Origin: Bugula neritina
Lineage: Eukaryota; Animalia; Bryozoa
DNA length: 64,000 nucleotides
Assembly: GCA_964035545.1 (NCBI GenBank)
Contig: OZ037771.1
Span: forward strand, 13,515,133 to 13,579,132
Direction of reading: 5' to 3'
Part shown: positions 1-11,648 of the stretch, in pieces
Position numbering within the stretch: the stretch's first letter is position 1
Layout: the number at the start of each line of letters is the position of its first letter
Translations under genes and position numbers: made by a program
The notes under the pieces: model-generated
What the model saw: the letters and a program-made list of their open reading frames with translations, nothing else
Database searches by the model: none
What the model was told of the DNA's origin: nothing

Positions 1-888
1 AGACAATTAGATGTTTATCATGTTTACTGATGATAGTAATAGTAATGCCTAATGGTAATTTTAACCATGACATTTAATTTTACTTATGCCTTTTAGTTTT
101 AGTTTTAAACTTTTCCTTCTAGCAATTTGAATTTACTATATTTTACTTTTACTCACTTAATTTTATTATAAACTTGAAGCTAAACTAAAACGTGAAGTAA
201 AAATTTTAAGTTTAACTTCAAGCTTAGCAATAACTCTAACCTAAAGGCTGAAAGCAAAAGTTAAAGTAAAAGTTAAGTTAGTTAGGTCTAAAGCATACAT
301 TTACAATAACAACTATAATATAGTTATAAGTTATAAAATAAAAATTCAAGTTCAAGATCATCATGATTATGATTGTCACTTTGACTTCAAGGTAATGTAA
401 TTGCAACACTAACAGTAACTGTTAGACTTAGTCAGTAACTTAGTGTTACTGTAACACTTTGACTTACACTTACAGTTACTGTAGCACCAAATTTAACTAT
501 AACTTATGAATTATGAGTAGTCAATATATAACTAACTTGAAAAAAACTCTAAAATTAAGGCTTGCGTATATTACCACAATTCATATTAGGTTCACCACGA
601 ACATCAGTGAGTAGGTACTGAAACTGCAAGTTAAAAAATCTATGCAGCTTGTGCGGCACTGACTGTCACTGAGATACTCCTCCAACTACGAGACAGGATT
701 TTGCGAAAATGAGAAAATAATTATTGGTGTTAACGGAAACAAAACGAACTGAGTGTTAGACTAATTTACTACATATAGAAATCTTCGTGTTGTTTAATAT
801 AAAGTACGCTTAATATCTTTGCCCTGAAAAGGGCTAATGAAGCAAGTAAATTTGTTGGACAAAGGTACACGTGGTAACAACAACAAAA

Positions 889-3800
889 ATGGAGGATCGT
901 GGCAATCACAGTAGCAATGTATTACCAGGTAGTTTAAATTTTAATCGAAATATTTAGATTTTAATTGATTAAGAGTAATAACTGTTGACTAAATGTTTCA
1001 TGCAAAAATTTTGATTATCAAATTTCTAAATTGTTTTATTATATGTATCCTAATATTAATAAGTACTAACGTAACTCACTAACAGTAACTCAAACTGAAA
1101 CTCTAACTGTACGGCTACGGGTGTATACATAATACTGTATAGTACTACTAGTACTAGTACTACTACTAGTAGTACTACTAGTACTAGTACTATTAGTGAC
1201 AGTGTAATACTAGTAGTAGTACTAGTAGTAGTATTAGTGCATTAGTAATATTAGTAAACCTACTGATAACTGCTACTACTAGTAGTTACGGGCAGTAGTA
1301 GTCTTAGAGTTAGTCTATTACTATTACTATGTCTATTAGTAGTAGCCTTAGGCTTAGGCGTTCGTCAGTCGTTGAGTGTCACTGACTGTCAGTGTCACTC
1401 TCAGTCCCACCATTACTATGGGTCATGGATGACACACCATATGTGCGGGTGTATGCTTGGAAAATAATATATGGAGGACATGCTGTTGCCCTTGTATGTT
1501 TTCCCCTCTCCACGTCGCTGACGAAGCTAACGGAATAGCATGGCCATGAGCGGGGCTTTTGCAATTTGAGTTTGGCACCAACGCCGTCGCAGAAGCTGCC
1601 AGAGCGAGGTTGTAAACAACGAATAACTCCAGATTTGTTCACGGGCGTTTACTCTCCAAGCCTTTTCCATTGGTGGGTATTGCCGCAATATAGCGAAAGT
1701 TTCAGATCAGAGTTTTTCTTGTAGAAGTAGATGAGCCCGTCTTCCATATGAGCCTCATCTGCCTCTTAGAAGTAATTATGATGAGATTAAGTTATAAGTG
1801 ATAACTAAAAGTCAATAAGTATAACTATAGTCTATAAGTATTCGGTGAATTGCAGAATTATCATTACTACTAGTATTACTATTAGTATTACTAGGTGACA
1901 CTGAGAGTGAGTTAAACTTGAAAATCATAGTCATAATGATGATAAAACTAATCGTAAAAGTAAAACTTTCTTCGATTCTAAAACTAAAAGTGAGTAAAAC
2001 AGTTCTACTAAAACTAAAAGTTAATGGAATTGTAATAGTTTCAGTAATGTTAATACAATGTGAAAGTGAAAGTTTATGTCTAATAGTAATACTAATACTA
2101 ACAATAATAGTGATGCTGTAATGGCCATATTAATACTTAATAATTTTCCTTATATTGCTAATAGTATTATGCTAGCATTCCTATCACATTGACTTTTAGT
2201 TTTACTTTATTTAAATGTAATAGTAATACTAATAGTAATACTAATAGTATAGTAATACTAATAGTATAGTAATACTAATAGTAATAGTATAAGTATTACT
2301 CATAGTGATACTTTTACTATTAGTATTACATTTTGATTTAGTTTTACTATTACTAATTTATATTAACTCACAAAATTTTTGCTAACTCGAATAAGTTAAT
2401 TTTCCTATCATGCTAGTTAATAAGAAGTTGCAAGTAAAATCTCCATAATTCTGAAATTTATTAATAATCGACTGCATTTAAAGAGTTGTGGTGGCATAAA
2501 TGTTTCGTAAAAATTCTTTGAGTTTTTGTTTTGAGCGACAAGTTGACTTTTTCATGTAAAAGTATGTTGAGTTTCTTCAAAAAACTTTGCCATTTCTTTA
2601 GGAAATCATGCGCGGGGATGGAACGATCCTCCCCAGTTTATGTATGATGCACAGAAACAGGCCGGCACCATTACAGCCTCCAATCCGCTCGCTACTAACA
2701 AGCGTGTCGGACATAATTTATCCTCGACTGCTGCTCAAAACATTTCCACTGTAACGCATACAGGTAGGTTGTCTATGTGTGAGGATCCATCAGTCTTTCT
2801 GATTGGCTGAGACTAAGTACATTGCATATACTGAACAACTTACATGGCCACAATTTATATATGATTTAAATCCATTTAATATATTTCAAGGTCAAATGAT
2901 ATGTTGTTTGAGCATTTTTCAATAATGTTTCTGTAATTTACAGCCAATAATATGTTGATTAAAATTCACATTTTCTATCCTGATGAATGTCAAGTTTAAA
3001 GGATCACACTTCTGTTGACTTGCGCTTTACTTGGAGCTGTCTTCCAGTTATAAACATTTACCGTATCCTGTAGGTGTTGCCCCACCATCAGCTATGTTAG
3101 CCTCTGTACCAATATTAAACATGCCAGCCAAGTCTGAGACTGCGGCGAGTACACCCAGTAAAGCAGAGGCTGAGATTGTGGCACCTGAAATAGCAGACGA
3201 CGGGGAACTCTGCCAGTACTGCACTCGCTGTTTCTCCACCTCACTTCAGAGTCTACAGGATAGGGATAAGTTAGAGGTTCGTCTTCCCTTGTTTGTGTAT
3301 ACATTTCCTGCGTATAGTAGAATGTAGTTTGTTTTCTTTTTAATTTCTGCTAATTTAGTAGTCAATCTGATATAGTAGTGAGATTGATGTAGTAATAGTA
3401 AAAATAGCTGTAGTAGTAGTGGTGGCGGCGGCGGCAGCAGTAGTAGTACTAGTAGTAGTAGTGGTAGTAATAGCATTGGTGGTGGTGGTGGTGGAAGTGG
3501 TGGTGGTGGCGGCGACAGCAGTAGCAGTAATAGTACTAGTAGTAGTAGTGGTAGTGGTGGTAGTAGCAGCAGTAGTAGTACTAGTAGTAGTAACAGCAGT
3601 AGTAGTAGTAGTAATAGCATTGGTGGCGGTAGTGGAAGTGGTGGTGGTACCTGTAGTAGCCACACTTGGGAGTTGTCTACTACCAGTTACAGAGTAGATA
3701 ACTACGAATTTCGCTGCTGGTTTTTCAACAACGAATTATCAAAATTATTCTCAAGGGAACTTCAACAAAAGCTCTGCTCTACTTGAAACATTGAATCAAT

Positions 3801-4274
3801 CACGTATACTAGTGTCATGTAATAACTTTGTGTGCTATAGATGAGATTGGCCAATGATATTACTAAACGGATAAAGATATTCCAGCAGTCTTGGTCTTCT
3901 GGCAAGATTTCAGCCAAAGCTAAGCCAAACTGCGCCAGACTGTGTAGAGGTGGGTGTATATGATGTGCTGGCTAATCGGACAGGGGGTTGTAGTGTGCTT
4001 TTCTCTTCAATTTCCATCAACATCTTTCTTGTCAACTTGTTTAACTAGAGATGTATGGTTTACACACTGTCTGGTATATATATTTTTCTGATATATCAAA
4101 TACTTTCAACAAACGATATGTTACGGTGTTTCTAATGACTTTACAGCTCTAGAACTAGAGGAATATGCCGCCGCACACGACATCCACCTGCAACTGATGA
4201 CCGACCACGTGTCAGAGGTCAGTCAGTGGATGGTCGGCATCAAGAAGATGATACAGGCAGGCAACTCCTCATAG
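889..4274 (+). CDS. SRA1: Steroid receptor RNA activator 1 protein (SRAP), 5 coding exons, ~213 aa
   Basis: Exons 889-928, 2602-2763, 3074-3276, 3841-3949, 4147-4274 join in frame at GT-AG sites (642 nt). Translation contains [33 protein letters not shown] and [27 protein letters not shown], matching the SRAP hallmarks RGWNDPPQF and [20 protein letters not shown]. Confidence 0.93.
1135..1345. repeat. Degenerate ACT/AGT (ACTAGT) low-complexity tract in SRA1 intron 1
   Basis: Runs of tactagtagtactac; similar tract at ~2215-2300. Confidence 0.8.
1400..1770 (-). mobile_element. Non-coding RTE-clade retrotransposon 5'-UTR-like fragment or derived SINE
   Basis: GC-richer island. Minus strand reads CTAAGAGGCAGATGAGGCT..GAAAAACTCTGAT..GGAAAAGGCTTGGAGAGTAAAC..TGGTGCCAAACT..CAGCGACGTGGAGAGGGG..GGGCAACAGCATGTCCTCCATAT, motifs I recall from RTE-type 5' leaders. 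No RT ORF follows. Confidence 0.5.
3385..3662. repeat. Compound trinucleotide microsatellite (GTA/GTG/GCA)n in SRA1 intron 3
   Basis: Directly visible; explains the poly-Thr, poly-Val and poly-Leu ORFs. Confidence 0.92.
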
Positions 4275-6283
4275 CCTGTGGTCTTGCTCACACAGCTCCT
4301 AGGTAGTACTGCATTTACACAGACCCTTCGTATAAACTTAGCTTCTCACCTAGCCTGAATTCCTAACAGAAGTCAGATCATGATCTTGGTCTCGCAGGTG
4401 CTGTCCCGTAAACATTTTTAGCCTTTAGGTGTCTTGCCATTCAAGACTATAAAGATGTAATTTATCTTTATGCTATAGTTAAATGCTATTGAATTATCTA
4501 ACTAACTTCATTAGTAATATACGAAATACAATCACAGTGTATTTGACTTGAAAATTTGGCATAAATTTTCATAAAATGATAAAGTTTTAGGAAGAATTTT
4601 TTGCATATTATTCTTTATATCTTGAAATTGGTTTTAATATTTTGTCACAAACCGCAAATTTGTAGGACTAAACATTTCATTTTGCTATTAACTAATAACA
4701 CGCTTCTAAACTGACACTACTGGTATATATTTTGCCTAAGTTTCTTCATATTTCAATCTGCTCAGTCTTGTTATACTTGAGAAGTTGTGTTCCCTGTCAT
4801 GTCAGGCTAAAACCAACCAGCTGGTTAATGTCTTGAAATTTAAAGTTGTTTGCTTTGTTATACATAGGATTCGATTTTTTATACATTCGGATTGGTGCTT
4901 CACTAATTATTTTATAATGATTTGTATCATCGTATTTTCAATAGATTGACTATTCTTAGTTTTTTTACTTTTGGAATAATAATAAGCCAATAATCAGATC
5001 AATAAATGTTACCCTGGTGATACAGCCATCTTCTGCTTTTACCCTCTGACTCCAGTAAAGTAATATCTCTACCTGTTCTTGCCTCGTAAGCTTTCTTTTT
5101 AGATTCTAAATTAGTATCAACTTTCATTGTGATAATTCGGCACTTATGTTGTTGAAGAACGAGTCATGTAAGAGGTAGGTGAAGTAATGGAGAGAATGAG
5201 AAAAGCCTGTGTTCTAGATATGAAATGTAACAAAAGAAGTTCTGTTCTTAAGAGAATTTTAACCTGTGCCCCAAACTAAAATTTAATAAATTCATTAAAG
5301 AACTTAGGCTATCTCAATTTCTCCGCTACTGCTCCTAAATGTCAAGTTTTCCTGATAGTTCCCAGAAATCATCTATTAGAAATGCTCATGACAACAAATA
5401 ATAATATATTAACTACCAGTAAAGGCTTCTTGAGTAATACCAGGCATATATTTCTATTTTCATGTTCATGCATACAGCACTTGGCGACAATTTAAACATA
5501 ATATTGCAAACAAATAATATTTATTTCCAATTGTTCATGAGTTTCCTGGAAGCATAATATAATTTTGAATACAGCAATTACTTTTGCAATGTTTGTTTGA
5601 CTCTTGTCCTTTTGGACTTTTTGAAGCATCAATTATATAATGATATTAATAGTCCAGCTGTTCTATTGAATAAATTTATGGTAAATGATTATATACCTAC
5701 TTGCTATTTATTACAGCATGGAATGCTACAGTCAGTACATTTATATTTCATAGTGTTGGTTTATCCTGGGTAGGTGTACATTATATGGTCTGTCCAATTA
5801 AACAGTGGGGTGACAGTTAACCATTACTTTTAATACAGCTGATGATCAGCAGGTAAATAAAGAAGCAATTTGCTTCCAAACACAAGGTTGTTACAACAAG
5901 ACTGACCTCTAGTTTCAGATGTGCCAATATTTGACGCAGTCCTCAAGTACGACCAAGGCATAAAATAAAAACATGTGATCTCTCATATCATAGCATTAAG
6001 TTAGAATAATTGAATGGTTATTAGATGTTTTTTACCAGCCATTGAAAGGATTAAAGGTTTCTAAAGAGAAAACAGGCAATGTATAATTACATTATATCCT
6101 ATCATAAACAATTATTATTCCGATTATATCATGTAATGTATAAATACAACATGGCTTTATAGATTTTAGATATAATAATATGCTAACATACATGCCTACA
6201 TTATACTAGTGAACACATTTACAATACATGATAGCAAGTTCGCTATCATGGAGAGTTAATATAAATGTCGGACATGTTGAATT

Positions 6284-9200
6284 CTACTTGTCAGAAATAC
6301 AGTTGTTCAACCGGGCATTGTACTTCTGTTTTGTGTCCATGCAGGATGCCAGCAATTCCACTTTTCTAGATCCTTCTTTGGCAATCAACCTGTATCAATT
6401 ACACAGCAACACAATCATTACTATGTAAAAAATAAGTTTATAGTTGCTATCCTTGTGAGAAAACCCTGATGGAAAGGGTTTTGTTAGGAAGTACTAAGGA
6501 CTGGTTTAGATGAGGCACAGGAGCAATTATGGCTGGATGCTCTTCCTAACATCACCAATAGCCTTCTTCGCTTTGACCCCTAAACCACGGATGCTCCTCA
6601 CTACTATGTAGACATTGTAGTATTATACTATACTGAGTTACTGACCCTGTTACATTGTAGCAATTTTATTTTTAAAAATTATTGGCTTGTGGGAACTCTT
6701 ATGAGGATATTCTATTATGGATGTTACAAAAGACAATAGCATGCACGCACACACACATAACACACACACACATGCACACATGATAACCAAACTTACGCAG
6801 GTCTGTTACTAAGAACAAACAATTCCAATCTTTTCATGACGTTTGATTTGCTAAGATGCCTTCTTAACTTATCCATCAGAACTGCTGATTCAGAGGATCC
6901 CAAAACATAGACATTGTCGGTTGGCCAGTAAACAGTCAGTTGTCTGCCGTTACAGTGGTAGTATGGATTCATAGATGTAGAAAGACTGCAGTCTAAATTG
7001 GAATACAGGAAAAGTGGTGATTATGCTCTTTGCATAGAAATGTCCTATAAGCAGCTTGGAGTTAGGGGTGAATGAGTGCAGTAGTTTAGGGTTCTCAAGC
7101 TTGCAGTTGGGGGGTTCCACTGAAACCTTGACTCTAAAAAACTTCTGTCAAGTGTGGAGTTGGAGACTGACGCCATCTTGTTTATGTTGAATATTAGGAT
7201 AAAATTGGTAGAGTTGTAGTTGACAAGACTGTTATATTTTACGTATGTAGAAGAAGAGAAAGAACGAGAAAAGTATTGTGGGTAATATAATAAAGTATTC
7301 CTACAGAGAGAAGACAATTAATAGTATGGTTGTTTGTTAGTTATAAATGTTCATTGTCACAACAGCAGAAAATTGTATCCTATCAACATCAAGAGAGGAA
7401 AGCACAGTGAATTTACAGTGGATTTATAGTCACTATTTCTGTGAGAACTCCTGATGAAAAGGGTTTTTCAAACCAGGCTAAGGTTCTTAATTATGACTGA
7501 ATACCTTTCCTAACATCACCAATCGCCTTTACTGGGATTCGAACTACTGACTTTGTGTTTACTAAACCAGTACTCTAACTCCTAGACCTCAACTGTTCTC
7601 TTTTATGATTTGACTGATAATAAATGATAATAAATAAATCAAATTGATTTATACAGCCTAGTAATTCATACTAACCAAGTTCACATACTATACTCTGGAG
7701 TTTATTTTTCTGATGATTTAGTACCGTTTCTAGAACTCGTTTGCCGTAATCGTCTGCCCCGACTAAGCTACACTCCACTTCGTACTCGGCCATGAATGTT
7801 ATTCTTTTTGTCAAAGGAGTTTCTATAATAAAAGTTACTTTTACTGTATATAGTTTTAAATATAACTATAGTAAAAATTATTAGAAATTATTCTAGTCCC
7901 AACTTCCAGTAACAATATGTGGTATATAGTAGGTAGAGAGAGTGTCATTTGCTTTACCTACAAAATATAGTTCTGCATGTATAAATTATTGTTAAATCTT
8001 CAAATACATCTGTTATAATTATTTCATTGACCATATGTATGGCTATATATAGCTTCATATAATTCATTATATTACTGCATGGGATAAATGTGCAGCGTAG
8101 TTTGATTGATAAAATTTAAAACTATAATTTGCTGTCTAATTTTTTTTAAGTTCAGGAACACTTTATATTCAAATATCTTAAAAATAAATGGCAATTCAAA
8201 ATTATAAAATTTTGGCTCTCACTGGGACTCGAACCTAAGACTTCTGGCCTGCAAGCAAGCCTGCTATACCACTACACCACGGAGGCTACAGAGCAAACTC
8301 ATCCCTACAAAAGGATAAATTTATTTTATACTTACTGGTTACATTGACAGTGTAAGTACACGTTTCAGACATGGTCTTCTTCTTCATTAGGTATGAACCT
8401 TCAGGGAGACTTATTATGTTTCCGTCAACCAACTCCACTTTAGTTTCCTTTTGGCCTGGTTTCAGGTAGACTGTCATGTTCTCATACGGACACAAGGGGG
8501 GATAATACTGACTTCCTGTATTTATAAGAAGAAGTCTAGTAGAGTTTGTTTCAACAAAAAATATTTTTGCTGCAGAGTAGTTTGATATGTAATTATTTTA
8601 ATATAACAGCAAACACTGCCTCCCTGTTGTCTTAAAACTTCTTTTATTATTTTGTTTTAAGTTTATATTGCAAGAAAATTTTTCAAAGTTCAAATGTGAA
8701 CATTTTTGCTATACACAAAAACTTTCTGACTAGATGACGTAACATGTAATGAAACTATAACATTCACTATACGACAAGTATTAGTTAGAAACATAGTCAA
8801 TGATCTAAGCATTTTATCCAATGGGAGAGCAAGTTATAATAATATAAATGCAAATTATTTTTCAGGTAAGATAAAAAGTCCGTTTACTTACGGCTGAATG
8901 CGAAAATCCTAGAATATGCTCCAACATAAAGTTTCCCGTCTAAATTCAGCAACGATCTGGGTCCATAAGGGAAGCTCCCAGTAGTAGTAGTAAGCTTACA
9001 GCTATATCCTTGGTAAATACAAACATGACCAACCACTTGCTTGCTCATGTCTATCAGCTTCATTTTTCCCACATCATTTTGATAATCAATTACTATATAA
9101 GCATCATCGCCAAGGTTTGCAATGTCAGAAATAGCGCTAAAGCGGGCGTCATTAAACCGGCCGAAAGTATCGCCTGCTGTCTTTGAACCTGCTAAGACAC

Positions 9201-10407
9201 TATTGCTAACAGATCCATTATAAGCCCAGCTAACTAGAGAGATATATTTACCTCTGTTGACCACTAGTAGCTGCATGTCATGCCAACACAAACTCCGGGG
9301 ATATCTGAAGCCCGACCTGATTATGGTACTTGTCATTTTCGTTGTTGTGTCTACATACCTTAAAGCGTGATTGTTTGAGTCAGATATTATTAGTTTGTCT
9401 CGGTCTTTTGCGTCTAACACAGCTGCAAAGGGCCTGTTAAACAATGCATGCTCTCCATCTTGAAAACCCGCCGAGCCACATTTTCCAACAAAACTTTGAT
9501 AACGTTTTTCGTATCGACTGAGCAGTTTGATGCAATGCATGTCTTGAACAACTACAAACACATATTTAAGTGACGCTGATTGTGTAAAGCCGGTAATAGA
9601 GTTGACCTCATCTAAAACTACTGTGTCAGTCACGCATCCATCACTACTATACAGATGATTCTTTGTGGAATAGAGTAGAATGCTAGTTCTGTTGAAGCGG
9701 TCAGACTCCATGTGGGTGATGATGGAAGGTGTTCGAACGAAGCTGCTGATGTCATCATAGGACATGGTAGATAGTTCTCTCCACCTGGTGTAAATACAGT
9801 TTTGTTATTTATGCTAAAAATTGGTAGTGCAATACAATATAATACAATTGTTTTGCTTCAATCTGAACTCTAAGCTCAATTTATGTCTTGCACAAAAGCC
9901 ATTAGCATAGTCAAAGTAACAGTTATTGCCTTATTGTATTTTTATAAGTTAAATATAGATCTCATTGTTTACTGCTTTATTAAACTGAATGCTGCATATT
10001 AGTACTTACTCTGGTGGAGAAATATACTCTTCAGTCTTTACACAGGGTGTAATAGTTAACAGGATCTAAAATTAAATATATATCTAAAGTAAATATATAC
10101 TTAAAAAAAGCAACAGTGGTGTAGTGGTTAGAGTGCTGGCCTAGTATATGAACATAAGGTCAGTGGTGCAGTACAAACACTAGTGGTGATATGTTAGGAA
10201 GAGCATACAGTCATAATGCTCCTGTGTCACATATCAATAATAACCTACATTAACAAAAGCCTTCCCATTAGGGCTTCTAACATGGGTGTAGTGACTATAA
10301 ACTTGCAGGAACTTTTTTAAGTAACATATTTGACTGAATTTTTAGTTTAGAGCACTGGCTAAGGAACGATATTTACTTACCACTTTGAAGTACCATTGGC
10401 TTAACAT
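6284..10407 (-). CDS. NHL cluster gene G1: signal peptide + NHL propeller + HYR-like + Cys domain + tail, 7 exons, ~534 aa
   Basis: Exons 10407-10381, 10065-10010, 9784-8892, 8515-8336, 7822-7676, 6992-6797, 6389-6284 join in frame (1605 nt). N-terminus MLSQWYFKVILLTITPCVKT; NHL motifs VGKCGSAGFQDGEHALFNRP and IISDSNNHALR; ends SCMDTKQKYNARLNNCISDK*. Confidence 0.85.
6450..6600 (-). mobile_element. tRNA-derived SINE family A, degenerate copy
   Basis: Shares CCTTGTGAGAAA..GAGGCACAGGAGCAATTATGGCTGGATGCTCTTCCTAACATCACC with the copies at 7.4, 10.1, 40.9 and 54.1 kb. Confidence 0.7.
7425..7600 (-). mobile_element. tRNA-derived SINE family A
   Basis: B box (GGGATTCGAAC on + strand) plus the TTCCTAACATCACC body shared with other copies. 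Confidence 0.7.
8205..8309 (-). mobile_element. tRNA-like repeat family B
   Basis: Minus strand: TGTAGGGATGAGTTT leader, then GTGGTGTAGTGGT (A box), TTGCA loop, GGTTCGAGTCCC (B box). At least 7 diverged copies in the window. Confidence 0.7.
10110..10305 (+). mobile_element. tRNA-derived SINE family A
   Basis: GCAACAGTGGTGTAGTGGTTAGAGTGCTGGCCTAG head, then TGTTAGGAAGAGCATACAGTCATAA body and GACTATAAAC tail. Confidence 0.72.
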
Positions 10408-11648
10408 TTTTCCAATTTATAGGCTGGAAAAACACTTTGAAATTAATCTGTAATATTCAAAGCATATCTATCTTGTATTGCAAACATGAAGACTGGAATC
10501 AGTATGATTACATTATGCAACTGGTCAACATACGTAGTAGATATTTAATATCTGTAATCATGGTGTTAAATAATTTTGGCATATTCGGTTTGGTTATATA
10601 ATTATATACTTTAGTTTGAGTTAAAATTACAGCCTTCTTGATAAAGAGTGTTTTTATTCGTAAATGACAGTTGATATGGTGATTTCAAAGTAGTAGTTAA
10701 TTCTTTTGCAAAGATACACCCCTTTCTATAGAGTGGTTTACATATGCATTATATACTGAAAAGAAGAGTTACGTTACAGCATGTAGCGAATCTTCAATTG
10801 CAAGTTGCAGCATTTGGAGTTCACCAATAATTTCTATGTGAAACTTATGTATGTTTCAAAGTAAAAAAATATTTGAAATTTAGAGCATGTATAAAAACTT
10901 TATGCTGATGCTGAAATCTGATTATGAAAGTAAATGTGATCCCTTATAGTTATGTTATGCAATATATAGATATACATATCTTATAAGATAATTATAATGC
11001 AAGATTCGCATCAATTTGGTTTGTTGTGTAATTTAAAAATGAGAAAGTTCACGAAGGTTTAAAAATGCTAATATATTTGCTGTCATCTTCAAAGGATTGG
11101 AAAAATTCTGTATCAAGTTGTGAAGGCAGCTTATTTAGGTTAACATGTTAAAATATTTATTTACCACTATAGATTATTTTTGCATGCACATACATGTCTT
11201 AATTGATATTTTGTGCACATTCAAGAAGGCCAACAATTATTATATTCAATTAATACACAAACTAAGCAAAGAAGAATGTTCTTTTTTTAACTTTTTCCCG
11301 ATATTCTTGTGCTATGATCAAAGATGCATAACATGCATTATAGTAAATTAAACATGGTATATTTAAAGTTATATCTGTGGGAGTTTGCTATACAACATAT
11401 TATTTTAATCTTTCAACAAAATTTTAGGCAATTTATTATCAATGCATTATTTTCAAATTTTCACTATATACGTCTGCCAATCGAAGTGAACTTTATAGAT
11501 TCGGCTTTCAGGACAGCTACAGTTTGTTCAAATATAAAACTTTAAGCCTGGTCACTCAATCACAAATCAATGTCCATATACTTTCATATCATCTAATTGT
11601 AATCATACAATGAGAGAAAATAGTTTTTTGAAGTTGAAATTTGACCAA

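Noticed and set aside
3246-3697. Poly-Thr mucin-like, poly-Val and poly-Leu ORFs
   Set aside because: Translations of a trinucleotide microsatellite inside SRA1 intron 3.
5000-5220. Possible minus-strand exon downstream of G1
   Set aside because: Stops in all three frames after the candidate acceptor and no recognisable homology.
8205-8309. Functional tRNA genes at family A and B copies
   Set aside because: Acceptor and anticodon stems do not pair consistently and copies are mutually diverged; treated as tRNA-derived repeats. tRNAscan-SE would settle it.
8884-9765. NHLRC2, teneurin or TRIM-NHL ortholog; bacterial contamination
   Set aside because: No thioredoxin, YD/EGF or RING/B-box parts; signal-peptide exons and spliceosomal introns are present.
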